DNA of 63,600 bases, counting the filler, from Piedraia hortae CBS 480.64 (taxonomy: Eukaryota): NCBI GenBank assembly GCA_010093745.1. It is 3 parts of 3 records of this genome, joined end to end, with 100 filler letters (N's around TTAATTAATTAA, not from the genome) between each part and the next. Parts side by side here need not be neighbours in the genome. Positions count along the whole stretch, not along the records: positions 1 to 31,143 come from MU006055.1; positions 31,244 to 61,522 come from MU006056.1; 1 more part is not named here. One strand, written 5' to 3'. Made by a program: the position numbers and the translations under genes. Positions 22,370 to 35,200 of this stretch are shown here, in pieces. Within the stretch, counting starts at the first letter, position 1. Each line of letters begins with the position of its first letter. The notes beneath the pieces are model-generated. The model searched no databases. It was not told the DNA's origin and saw nothing but the letters and a program-made list of their open reading frames with translations.

Positions 22370-23099
22370 GATGGTGCGAAGCTCTCAGCTAAGCTCTCGG
22401 TGATTTCACCGGAAATACCTATGGCGGAGAAATTGTAGTGAAAGGGGTCGCGGCACCCACGGCGCCCCAGACCTACACGTCGTGCTGGCGCGCGTGTTAA
22501 GCGATGCAAACGAACGCCGACCAAAATGGTCGGCTTTCAGTAACGAAAAATTTTGTGGAAAAGGGTCGCTTTCCCGTTCCGAAGAAGTAGCGGAGAGCAG
22601 TCTCCGAGTCGAGCGAGTGAGGTTTCGGTATTTTTTGTTTGCTCTTATGAGCAACGACGGGAAGAGCCGAAACGCGGAATTGGTCCGCCTGTGTGAATTT
22701 ATTGGACGGTTTATTCATCAATTGATTTGGGTAATGATATGGGAACAAATTTCGCCAGCCAGCTTGTATCACAAAGACTTGAATCTGGAGCTGTTGGATC
22801 ATTGTTCATATGACTGTACATCAGTCCCCAGTTTCGATCGAAACATCAATCTGCCACCTGCTCCCCACATCCCCTTCAATAGCGCACACTTGAGATACCG
22901 TGGAGACTCGTACGTCTGGATGATACGCTTGAAATACTGCATGCTGAGCCTGACGTCCAGGGCAATCTAGCGGGGGGCTTCATGCTCGCCCAAAAGGCTT
23001 TGACCTTATGTGATTTTCTACGGTAAACCATACACACCATAAGAACAGAACAGTTTGAATGAGGTTCATGGTGCAGTGCTCTTTTCAACGGTCACAAAA

Positions 23100-23700
23100 G
23101 GGATAATTGGAGCATTTCATACAGGGGCCATGGCTGAATACAAATCCAGTCCCATCGGGGAAAATCCTAATCCTCTATTTTCTTTGCATGTGCCCTGAAC
23201 CTTCTTGAATCGATAGTCCATAGCTGGCTGTCCAACGAAGCGTCAAACAGCGTTTTGTTGTCTGGAGGTATCGCAAGAGCAGTTATGCGGTATGGTTTGC
23301 CATCCGTCTCTGTCTAGTTATTATACCAGCAATGCTGAAGGGTCGGGGAAAATTGTGACACTCAAGCAGCACCCATTTGTCATTCCGGACAATCCCAGCG
23401 AAGACACTGCAAGTGTGTAATAGGTTCCAAGCAGTGAACTGGCTATCTGGAGGGACTGAAATGCAATATGCATTACCAGTTAGCTGCACGTCAATTCTTC
23501 CGACATATTCTTGCAATTCCCGCCCGAGAAGATCGCCGTTCAGCCCGACAATGATCACCAGGTTTCTCACAGGGATAAATGAAGCGACGCTGTGTGAGAC
23601 CAGCTTCGCCCTGTCCTCCAGATGTCGTTTTCATTGTCCCATAGTTGTAGAGTTGTCAGAAGCTATAGTTCCAGCGTCCCACCCAGTTTGCTTGTGTGGA
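23100..23700 (-). pseudogene. Third, heavily degenerate relic of the same NLR WD40 domain, with internal deletion
   Basis: Fragments TIASDNS, LVIIVGLNGD...IDVQLTGNAYCISVPPDSQFTAWNL, ITALAIPPDNKTLF...QLWTID and GFSPDG align with TIASDNT, IVVIAGSSGD...IDLKLPSVAYSVSVSPNGRYAAWGL, VTALALSPDNKTLL...QIWAID and AISPDG of the other copies. Boundaries approximate. Confidence 0.75.
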
Positions 23701-24618
23701 TGGCGTTGGCTTTTTAGAATTTTTTGACTGAAAGCTGCCCTTTTCGGGTATTTAGTGAATGAGGCGGGCCGTCTCTAAGTGCGCGGTGCGGAAGGGGTGT
23801 TGTTTGCTAGCGTACAATCACACCTGGCTCGTCCTGGATACTATCAGAAACGGGAAGAAATCTACTCACCTCAGCCTGATGTAGTGAAATGTGAAACTGT
23901 CAACAGTGCGTGTGAATCCTTAACGATGGAAATGATGAAGCGAGTGATGGCTGTCCCACAATGTGGGACGGCCTTGCCAGACGAGTCACATCTTGACACG
24001 ATCCACACCGAGACCATTTCATGTGATGGTAACTTTCCCCCAAGGGAAAACATCCCCCTCAAGGTTAAAGCACTGAGAAGTCTATCTCAGACAGGCGTCT
24101 GAGACGTGTTTGAACCATCTTCAGATATGCAGCGAGCTTCGTAGCAGTGATAGTGAATTTCGGGTAATCCAGAGGGACGTGATCAATCGACCTTGGTATC
24201 GATCTTTCAATGCCGGAAACAAGACACAAAAGAGCGATGGACCAAAGCTGACCAGCCATGAAGGTGGGGGAGGGTGGGCGAAAATGGCGGGGCAAGTCTG
24301 GTGGGGAAATTTGATGTGGCAAGCTTGGCGACGAGGTAATTAAGGGGCCAAGCCAGCTCACAAGAAACATGAAATTCTCTAATTCTTTCTTCGGAACACT
24401 GGCGACAGTGAGATCGGCCCAGGTCAAGCACATGCAGTGTAGCCTGGGCCTTGTGACCTACCTAGCCACAATTTGCTTACCGACGCCTAGCGTCTGGAAG
24501 ATTGATATTACTGTCCTCTATATGGTACAGTGGCTCGTGAAAAACTTCCACGACTAAGCATATCGAGCTGGCCAGTAAGCGTACTGACAAGTCGCTCTCA
24601 CATGGAACAGCAATTCAC

Positions 24619-24667
24619 GGTCAGCGGTAGGGAAAGTAGCTACCTAGCTTCTTCCCTGCCGCTGACC
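24619..24667. repeat. Imperfect hairpin (about 23-bp stem)
   Basis: GGTCAGCGGTAGGGAAAGTAGCTA-CC-TAGCTTCTTCCCTGCCGCTGACC. Confidence 0.8.
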
Positions 24668-24805
24668 TAAGGCTAACTGACCAGTATCTTTGTTCCTTAA
24701 TCGGCCTTGGGAGCAAGGAGCTCTATGACCCTAACTGCCACCAGGTCATCGCGCACGCCTGCATGATCGGAATCTGCAAGGATGTGCTGACCTCCTACAT
24801 CGCAT

Positions 24806-25051
24806 CTAGGGCTGTGTGGTCGGATGTCTTTCACTCGAAGCCTCGAAGCTACTTGTGGACCGGCGGAACTGCGCTTCTCGGTGGTTTAAGGTGCGAACCT
24901 GACTCGTGCTCAACATGGCCGTCAACGGCGGTGCAGTCATGGCCTTAAAGCGCGAGGAGAAGTTGCGGTGGTCCCTGTTAAAGGGGACGGCCATTGCCGC
25001 AAACCCCATCATTAGCGCTGCAGAGATAAACACAATGTGAAGTATGCCCAT
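24806..25051 (-). CDS. Possible small secreted protein (81 aa)
   Basis: N-terminus MGILHIVFISAALMMGFAAMA resembles a signal peptide. No other support. Confidence 0.25.
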   Translation of the reverse strand: MGILHIVFISAALMMGFAAMAVPFNRDHRNFSSRFKAMTAPPLTAMLSTSQVRTLNHREAQFRRSTSSFEASSERHPTTQP

Positions 25052-25847
25052 GTCGACAAAGGCCTTGAATCAAAAACATGGGCAACAGCTACATAGAACA
25101 GTGCTGCAAAGTCGCCCACAAGGTCAACTGCTGCAGGCTGTCCGAATTTAGGCCGAAGAAGCTCGGTGGGAAGATTCTTTTTCATGCCCTGCACGAGTCA
25201 CGAGATTGTTCCGTTCTTAAAGTTTAAAATTAGATCCTCCCTCGCAGGTATATCGAAGACGTATGCATGAGATGGGATTGTGGCTCGCTCACACCACGCA
25301 AGAGCAGCTTGACGCCCGGGTACCACGGTGTATGAAGATTACATTACGGTAACATATTCTGAGCTTCTGACACATAAAGCTTTTAATCAACGTAGTAGTA
25401 CCGTGCCTCCACGCTGTTTCAAACCCTGCAGTTTCTCCTAGGTAGTTTGCTTCACAAGCCTCTTCTCCTTCCCGGTCCCACAACTATACTCAAACTGCCC
25501 AGTTGATGCTCCACCACAGCCCTGGATTTACTCACCTTCTTTACAATCATCACGAGCTTACCAACCCACCGATCCAGCTCAGATATAGGCAACACCGGCA
25601 CGCAGGCGGAGACACCCACAGCACGATGCGGCTGAAGACTGGTATCTGCATCTCAAAGAATTTCAAAAGACCTTTCTTCACAGGGTTGACTGCGATGGCC
25701 ATAGCGTGCAATGAATTTTGCAGTTCTCCTTGCGTAGGTTTTCGCAGCAGGTTCAAGGAAGAAACTTCAACTTTAGCGACACGTACTTATCTCATCGCTC
25801 AGTTAATAAATTGGGACCGTCGGAAGGTTGAACAAAATCCATTCAAT

Positions 25848-28800
25848 CTAAAAGGGGACTTTGCCCGTGAAATGCAGAACAGTAAAGCCAGTCTCTTCGT
25901 CGAGAAAAACCATTTTTCGTCCGCACGAGAACCAACCAGACGCTTTCAGTTGATCAGGTCGTTTAATCATTTTCTAACCATTGACAGTGATCCACTGTTC
26001 TGTAGGGTCCAAGGCCAAGATCTGTCGGCTTTCGAATATCGAAGTGGACTCTGTTGAGACTGAAGAGTCCCCCTGCATTTGGGGCTGATTGTCCCCATTG
26101 GCTGCTAAACTGTCCATGACACGCCTGAGCCTTGACGACACAAAGCGACAACCGATAAATATCGAACCACCATAACAGCCCGAATCGTGTGCGCGCACAA
26201 TTTTCTCCTTTTCAATGACCCAGTCCAATATGTACTTTATATTGTCCGCTAAAAAGCATGCCTCCCTCACTTCGCGTTTAGAGCTCAGTACCAGCGGGGT
26301 TTGTAAGTTCGGTCCCCAGATCCTAATTGTCCCATTGTGTGATGACGATGCAAAATTCTGCCCATCTGGAAAAATCGTTATATCACGGATGCTTACCGTA
26401 TTACCCGTGAATTTTTTTCGCAGAGCTCCGCGTTCCAGATCGATAGCCCATATCTGACCGTCGCGCAAACCGCAAAGGAGTGTTTTGTTGTCTGGGGATA
26501 ACTCGAGAGCTGTAACTCTGCCCGGTCTGTCTTTTAACTCTCTCAGTTCATCTGCATCCATGTCCCAAATCAAAACCGCGTTATCCACGGATTCGAGTAG
26601 GGAGGCAACAATTGTGAATCGATTGTCTGATGAGATCAGCATCAGAAAAATTGCGGGCGCGAAAAACGTAAGAGTCTGTCATCTGCTAACCGCCGTTCGC
26701 AAATTCGCGTTTCAATGTTCCAAAGGCTGAGCTGATTTCCTCCAGAAAATGAGACAAGTGATCGACCATCAGTTGATAAGACAACTGCAGTGTCGACGGT
26801 CGGATAATTCTGGCTCTCTATGACTAGATCCACGTCCAGCTGTGTAATTCGTCCACCCCAATGCCCCGGCCAGATTGCCTTCCCGTCGGGCGATAATGTC
26901 ATGGCGTTGCCCCACTGGGTTCCCGAAAACAGTTCCTTTGGCTCTTGTTGTGTTTGAAAGTCGTAGAGGAAGTGTGTAAGCCCGTCCCCGATCAAGACTT
27001 TCTGGGGATCTGACGTGATGAACAAACTGCCGTGATTAATTGTGTATACTTGCATGATTTGCTGAACTTGGTGGGTGTTGCAGTGGAGAACCAATATCGC
27101 GTCAGACCCAAAAACAACGAAATTGCAGTCTGGACAGATGGCGATGCACTTGATATTAGTGCCAACTTGGCATAATATTTCATGCCCAGCTTGTGCGCTC
27201 CATTTCCAGATGTCTGTGTATCCCGACACCAGTGTCTCACTATCCGACGAGAAGGCCATGCACTTCAATGGGGAATTATGACTTTCAAGCACCTGTCCGG
27301 CGTCGTTTTCGGCGTCCCAGATGTAAATATCGCCGGTTTTCAAGCCCCAAGCGGCATATCGGCCGTTCGGAGAGACGGAAACGCTGTATGCAACACTTGG
27401 CAGTTTGAGATCAATCCGTCTGGCGTCGTCTTCCAAGTTCCACCTCCAATAATCTCCGGACGACCCGGCAATGACCACAATGTCTTCTTCAGGGAAGGCT
27501 GAAGCGAATATGGGAATAGACCCACCGGATGAGTTAATTTCCGTACTTTTTTCTTCGGTGCCGCTCTCAACATCCCATAGTCGTGCTGTGTTATCACTGG
27601 CAATAGTCACAAGCCTTCTCCCGTCGATCGAAGGCGTTATCGACAGTATATAATCAGAATGCCCCCTCAGCGTTTGCAACTCAAAGCCCCAATCAGTCGC
27701 GACTGGTTGCCAAACTTGCAAAAACTCTTCCTCCTCACTTCGGAAGCTGTTTCGCACGACACTGTTGCTCGGTGCAGAAGCCACTGCTGAGAGATATGTC
27801 TGAAGCGGTGTATAGCTGATCAAATCTCGATTTGCTGGTACCCATCTCAGAGCATCGGCGACAAAGGCGTGTAGCTTGGGCGAAGAATTCGACTGCGCGG
27901 GGTTAGGCATACTTTCGGCAGACGGAAATAGAAGCAATACATACGTCGATGGCCTTTTGCAGCTGTTTCAGGCATTCCACCATTTCCCCAAGCTTGTCCA
28001 GCCACGCCATTGCCTCTGTCCAACGAAGAAAAAATGCGCGCAAGAAACACTCGATTTGCCCGCTATCTTCGATTGCCTCATTGCCATGAATCGCATGGCT
28101 GGTCCAGTAGCGGCAGGCGTACTGTACTGACTCAGAAATTTGCTTTTAGACATGCTCTGTGGACACATCTTTGCGTTCCGTTGCTGGACCCTTCTGCTTG
28201 CAGATATCTCGGCCAAGCTTGCTCGTAAGCAAGTCTAGACATCTCGTTAGGAGGATATCATGAGTCTTGCCTTTGTCAATGGAGAACTGGGTTTTATCTT
28301 TGAGATTGGGATCCATGAGGAAGTCTTGGAAGGATCCATGATAAATCCGCACCGTGGCCCGAGAGCCTGATTTCGCCTCCTTTCCACTCGGGAAGTCGAT
28401 TACCGAACTCAACGGTTTGAGAGCATTTGGAACAACCATGTTCTTTCCTCCACCGAGCAGATCCGTCAGCACCGGGATGGTGAGTGGAGCAGAACGGCGA
28501 TTGGCTTAATGACTCGGTTGAATTGGTCGAGCCACTTTGGATCGACCTTAGCCGCTTGCTCTAGAATGTCTAAATAAATGCAGTTCAGCCCTTTCGAGCC
28601 AGTGAAGTTGAGCCGGCCCAACCATTCTTAAAGTTGCTCTCGTGGATCATTGCTTACTTCACGGAATATCGTGGAGGCTGCAATGAACAGTGGCTGAGAT
28701 ATTGCAACCAGTTTGTTGACAACACCTTGTCCAGGCCAGTCATCCTCGAGCTCGTCATAGCTAGAATCCTTCCTGCTTTGCTCCCGAAGCCTTCTAAATT

Positions 28801-30463
28801 TATCGTGACAGAACAACCTCAAGTCATCTTCGATGGTGCTTAGTTGCCAGTTCTCAAGCCTCTCATGCTGGAGATCCTTATGCCCCAACTCGCATAGCTT
28901 ATCCCCGATCTTGTTGTCGGACCGGCTCGTCACGAAAACTCTTAGATTCATGGAGCTTTGTGCACGAAGTCTTGGCCAAAGAGTCATGGCGTGGCCTATC
29001 GCTCCCCTGTCCTCGCACTCGTCCAGAGCATCGATGACAATGGCTCTGATGTCTGTCGCGGAACCCGTGCTGTACCCTGAAAGCGGCCCTTTGATAAGCA
29101 TGTCGAACTGAGTTGTTATCGCCCTTTCATTCACCGGGAGGGAGCCTCTGGAGGCGGCAGCAATCTCGTGGCTGATGCTGGGTACGAAGTCTGCCATTTG
29201 ATGGGCAATGGTGGGAAATAGACTGCGAGCACGTTCCAATTCACTCTGGCCACGCTTGAAGAAGAAGCTTCCCACCAGGTACCCTTGCTTCGCAAGTTCA
29301 TCGGCAACGGTTCGAGCAATTGTGGACTTGCCCGTTCCGGCCTTCCCAGACAGCCAGAACACTCTTTGGTCGCTTGCGGTGGTGGCCCAGTCCAGGATCT
29401 TCTCTCTGATCTGCTCCCGGGTACCGTCCAGACAAAGCTGCAGCTCGCCAATATCGTCGGCATTACGATAGTTTATCGAGTCGTAAGCTGCCCCAGCAGC
29501 TGCCTGTAGAGCACTAAGATCCAGCGTTTGTTGGACATCTTTAACTCCTTGATTGATCTCTGCTTGAGCTTTCTCCAACGCCTTCAGCTGTTTATTGACC
29601 CAAGCCCGCTGCCTTTTCGACACCTCGTCATTCACAGCTTGACAATGGGATTGAACAGTTTCCAGTATCCCGTCGTGATCAGCCTTGAACTTTAGTATGA
29701 CTTAACCAGTCAGAGAGTGTATCATCCGCTCAAACTTGTCCATATCGCATGTGTGCTGAGCGTGCGCCACGAACGTCAGGTTGAGGCCGTAAAGTTTGAC
29801 AATATTCGCATACAAATGGCTAATTGCGGGTGTCGCATCAAGCTGGCCGTATATGTCAAAATACTCGTTTAACAGGTGACCTGTATCTAGCACCGTTTCG
29901 ATTCCTTTCAGGATCGATTCACTTTGCTCATGAGTTTTCTGGGCCACCTAGAGAAATAGGGTCGTTTAGGGTCGCAGTCGCACAGCGCTGCTGCTAACCA
30001 TCAAGAGAGAGCGGATGCCGGCCCATGGCAGGCTAAGCATATCAGCTTGGGCATTAGTTGCCACATCAAACACCGGCGCAAATTGCATGATTTGACAAGC
30101 GATCTTCCTCATGTTGTCAAGTCATTGATTGGACCTATTTGTATGATTTTGCCCTCTCAAGGTTAGAACTCTGGTCGCGTCCCTCTCGAGATTACTGTTG
30201 AACCCCAGTTGATTTTGAACGAACTGACGATCTTCGGCGGTAAGCTTTTTGATGGCATCGCGTAGTAACTTGCCCTTGTCTTCAAACGGATTTTGCGGTG
30301 CTAACACTAGAGCTGAAGTCCGAAATGGCAAATTGTGCTGCGGCAAGGGCAGCGAAGGCCGTACAGTGGAAGCTGGAACCTGGGAAGTAGATGCATTTCC
30401 AGTGGAAGCTTGCTGATGTGGGGAGTTTCCTTTTGCTTTGAAGCGTCTCACCCACTCCGGCAT
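25848..30463 (-). pseudogene. NACHT-WD40 NLR pseudogene, paralog of 3449-8113
   Basis: Same domain order and intron positions (29998-29948, 27944-27893). In-frame stops at 30122-30124, 29702-29704, 28628-28630, 28146-28148 and 25974-25976. Frameshifts near 28490 (4-nt deletion), 26645 and 25915. Confidence 0.92.
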
Positions 30464-31143
30464 ATTGGGTACGGTGAAATGTGGTGAGAAAGTGAGACTG
30501 GAGGAGGTGCCGGCTGGCTCAAAGCTGAGGTCGGATGAGGTGGGGTAATAGTGGTGTGCATGCATCAATCGACGGTTGATTTGGTTGCAGCGGATGCCCT
30601 ACGCCGTGAAACGCGCATACAAGAGCACCCAGAATAGACTGGTCTGTGGAATATTAGGTATGTATCCGGCCAGATACTGTGGTGTGATTTGGTAGGATTA
30701 CATCTTTACGTAACGTTAGCGAGATACCTATCACTTTCATTTGCCAACTAGTTAGCAGGCACTACTTTTTTCCAGTCTTGTCACCACATAGATTATTCTA
30801 AACTTGCCTACGCTTTGATCCTGTCTGGTTTCAAAAGGGAGAATTTCTCCCACATGGCCCGATTTATGGTTCTGGGCAACGAGAGGCCCTCTCCCAAAAA
30901 CTAAAAGTAAGCTTCAGGTTCGGCGTGCAGGGGAAATAGTCAAGATCTCTGCCTTCACCCAGTTCTTAGAGTTTGACGATAAACTACCTACCCCGCATCA
31001 TATCATGTGATATAAGTCCCCAGGCTAATGTACCCTACTCACTCGAGACAAGTGTTGAGCCCAGTAACGCATCAGGTACTGTTGTGAATATGCGGTATAT
31101 TACGCGCATTATTAGTAACCGTCGCTCGGCTCTCGACTTCACG

Positions 31144-31243
31144 NNNNNNNNNNNNNNNNNNNNNNNNNNNNNNNNNNNNNNNNNNNNTTAATTAATTAAN
31201 NNNNNNNNNNNNNNNNNNNNNNNNNNNNNNNNNNNNNNNNNNN
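31144..31243. other. Artificial contig linker
   Basis: 44 N + TTAATTAATTAA (stops in all six frames) + 44 N. Confidence 0.98.
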
Positions 31244-31247
31244 ACGC

Positions 31248-31306
31248 GTCAACTAGTTTTCCGTAGAGATTTGTATGCAGGTACACATCTGCTCACAATT
31301 ATAATA
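31248..31306. repeat. Contig-start repeat, copy B (identical to 1-59)
   Basis: Exact 59-nt match to the window start, preceded by ACGC at the contig edge. Confidence 0.95.
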
Positions 31307-32279
31307 CCGAGCCACGTGCGAATACGCCAATTACCTACAACCAAACGTGGCATTCAATCAAGAGCTGACGTAGCACTGACACGCAATTCGAACGCGATGT
31401 AAAAGACGAAGGTCAACGTTATCCATGCCCTAGAACTTTCACCTTGCCTAACCGCGACATGACGTGAGCAGGTTCAGACTTTGCCAAGCCGTGGCATGTG
31501 CGCAAAAATCTTGGCGCAATATGATGGGACTTAGTCTAGGACACTGGGAAGACGGGCTGATGTCAGACCGTGAACACACCAGTGCACATATGGGAAAACA
31601 GGCACAGAGAGAGAAAGCATAAATGAATAACCTCTATCTGGGGGCGCCTCGAGGCCTATAAACAACTGACTATCATAAAGGGGCCCAACTGCTACAAAGC
31701 TATTGTCCCAGAATAGCATTGCTGCATGAAACAAGCAATGCTGCCTCATGGGGACAGCACTGTCGGGACACTCAGAACCTTCTACGGTTTGAAAACGAAG
31801 GGCCTATCGTTACGGTGAAAACATCATACGCCAATGCTTGGTGTCTTTAAGGGCCATCGTCCAGATCCTTCTTAGAATAGAATACCTGAGTTTCAGGTCT
31901 TTGCGAAATTGTGGGTTGAAGTAGTATCGATTCAAAACCGACTGCACTTGGACTGAATCCGTAGGATCTCGAATATAGGGCTCTTACGAACGCGCAAACT
32001 TTATTGAACACACAAAAGTAGCAGAAGGGGCTATCGTATGCAGTGATATATAACGTATCTCAACGTTCAAGTGTCATGTGGCACGAATTCAAAGATGGCA
32101 GCTTAAACTACCGTAGTTTGTCCACGAGCGATCCAACCTTGGCTGATAAATACGACTAACACTGCATGATTGCAGCTACACCCTAAATGTAGATACCGCC
32201 ATACTGTACAATTATGAGCTCCATACAACAACAAAACGCCTATGACACTTCCTGACTCTGTTCCAACAGAAAAACAGTT

Positions 32280-35200
32280 ATAACTTACCACCACTAAATG
32301 TACCGCTTCCACAGCTTTGATACCTTAATCTTCTCAATCCTCGTCTTCCTTCTCATCCAAGTCCAACAATATGTCATGTCTCTCTGGGCGGCATTCAGCT
32401 CGCCTTCGCGGAGCATCAACGCAACCGCAGCGATTTCCAGGAGGTGGCCGCCTCATTGACAACGATACCAAGTATTGCGCTTGTATTTGCGTCGGCCATA
32501 AAGATCATTCGACCTGAGCCACATTTCGCAAAACTCCCACGCAACCTTGCACGCAATGCTTCCGGTGAAGTCTTGAAACGAAATATTCTGAGTGCAACTG
32601 GTGGCTTCTTGGAGACCCTTCATGAGCCCCGGGTGTATCGGACAAGCACTGGTATCGTGGTCCTGGGACCGGTTGCCGAGAAGGTAGCAGATTGGTATTT
32701 GTCTTGCATTTGCGCCAATCGATAAATCCGTTCGCGGTGTTGCTCCAGCTGCTTGACGTCGGCGATTCGGGATGGTCGGTTGACGAAGTGATTGCTCCAT
32801 GCCAATAGCTGAAACACCTCCACCGGCGCCTCCACCGGCGCCTTCAGTGCCCGTAATGCAGCCGGTGCCGTGTCAGGCCTGATGTTGGCCAAGCCCTGGC
32901 TGGTTGGGTATGTTGAATTTGGTGCAAGGGTTGCGAATGTCGAAAGCATCGAGTTAAGTCCAACAGTCTCCTGCGTGAAGCAAAACTGGTAGTACTCGTC
33001 CTGGCTGGTGCCAGTGTACTGCTTGCCCATCCGCTCCATCTCACCGTTAATGTATCTTCCTGCGACGCATGCAGCCTATTCCATATTCGCAAATATGCTG
33101 AATATTCAAGACTTTCAATGGTCCATTAATGGAAATTACTTCTAGCTCTCCCGTTGTGGCGACCAAGTGTGACCCTTTCGTTACTGCACGTCGTTTGATG
33201 CTAGTCTCAGAAACTGTCAGCCGAATTATATCCACCAAAGCATAGTTTGCTCTGGGAACAGATTGTCCCAAGGTATAGGCTTATATGATAAAAAAGAGCC
33301 AGACGCCGGGGCTTTTAGGAAAGATCCAATTTGGCAGCCAGTGGCAGCCAGGTCGGCCGCGTAGGCGAGAAAATGCACTGTAAGACCCTGACGGAAATCC
33401 AAATGCTTCCAGTGTGCCAGTGATACCTGGTTGCTGACAGACGACTTACCGGACAGCATACACACCTGTATGCTTGAATTCTGTCCGACGAGAATCCCAT
33501 CTCTTTGCGAGTGTGGGGGTCATAATAGACTGCTCTGCATTCCACACCTTTCCCTTTTATCCCCATAACCATTTGGGATTTAGAGATACGCACGGTGCCG
33601 TATTTGTCAATTGATTTTTCAAATCGAAAGACCCCTTGTTGGATCAGATGACCGCCAACGAAGGGTCGACCACATGGATGTTGCGGGGTTCATGGATGAG
33701 GTATTGCGAGCAAAACTCTGCCATGATTTGCCCCTGCTCGTCAGCTTCGTCGTTGGTGCAGCATGATACCATGGCACGGAATGAAAGACATTAGGCACTG
33801 CCTGCTCGTGTCATTTCAGTGTCTGCCAGGCCGAATAGGCCTCCATCGACGTTACATCGTACGGTATCCCCCAACAAGTGAATGCTTAACACATTGTCTG
33901 AGAATCGTACATATTCCTCTTCATATCTTCGAGCGTCCAGAGGGTCTTCCACGTCTTGAAAAGCTGCTTGTGAGTTGATGGAAAATCGATAGACCATGCA
34001 TCCACATCGTCGATTGTTGTATCATGCATGGCCTTTGTAAGCTTTGCAGCCAGGAGCCACCCATGCACCAACTTCTGCATCCTTGCATTTTTATGCTTTG
34101 GTGGCGTAGATGGGAAGCAGTGCATGTGGGAGGAGTTGTACTAGACTTCTGAAGTTGCCTCCGTTGCAAGACCCGCTCCTGTACCCTATCTGCTCTGTGC
34201 TCATCTTCCTGGGCCGACACTATTCCGAACTCTGTCGTTCCATTCGCCCTGGCGGCTGAATCTGTACACGCCGTTGACGCTGCTGTTACCGCACGGAGCC
34301 CTCCTAGACCGGCAGGCACAATTCTCGGGTCATGGGACGTCGGTGGCACGATGCCCGAATCGTTGCCGAAAATTTCATCCATCGGCTCTGCTCAAAGGAG
34401 ATGAACCAAGTCCGCCGTACCCCCGTCAGCCATGTTGCGCGATATCTTGTGCTTCTTGTACGCCGTGATAAGTGAGTTGAATTTGTTCTTGCACTGTGTC
34501 CGTGGCGCTATACTGCACTGTTGAAGATATGAGGTCATCTTGATCTAAGATAATATGTACTAACCGCCCAGAACCTTTCGCCCATGTTCTGCCGGCGGTT
34601 GTGATTGGTTCCACTAGTAAGGTCAGTGAACACGGCGCGCAATTCAAGCGGCGGACCTCTCAATCTGTCAACAAATTGGTATCTTGGCTACTTTGCTGAC
34701 AGCGCACCGAATACTGGAATCGTCACAAGTTGCGGATTTCTCGAAAATCTGTCCCGTTGGGGCTTAATACGAATTCATTGCGGACCCAATCTCTTGCGCG
34801 ATACGAGCGAGTCAGTGGCCCAAATACCCAAGCGTTGGCCTTGATCCACCGCCTTCATGATTGCAAGAAGCTTTTACAGTTTCTCGGCCTCTGACTGCTT
34901 ATCATGGGCCCTTTGAAATGTGTTGACCCTTTTGGTTGGGTCAAAATGTTCAGCTTGTCGGCCGCATCTGACGTCCAGATGGTTAGACCTAGACGCGAAT
35001 ACAGAAGGCAAGAACAGAGGTCCCCTTGACAAAGACTGCCAGCCCTCCAGGCGAGGCAAGATCGTTTTTCTGCGTTTTGGACAGGGTCGATTGGTGCAAT
35101 GATCCCGCAAGGGCGCGAGGAGCGAGAGCCCTGGGGTTCGCCGGGCTGGTACAGGTGCCCTGCTTGGCGAGCTGCTTAGATGAGACGACACCGGCAGCTG

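Noticed and set aside
25848..30463. Heavy RIP as the cause of NLR copy 2 inactivation
   Set aside because: Some stops fit C-to-T or G-to-A changes, but others are transversions or indels, the region is not visibly AT-enriched, and the 391-bp identical tract is unmutated. RIP indices would need computing.
1..31143. Starship giant transposon carrying NLR cargo
   Set aside because: No DUF3435 tyrosine-recombinase captain recognised, and the interval contains core housekeeping genes.
31144..31243. TTAATTAATTAA palindrome within N runs (also 61523-61622)
   Set aside because: Artificial six-frame-stop spacer. Adjacency across it has no biological meaning.
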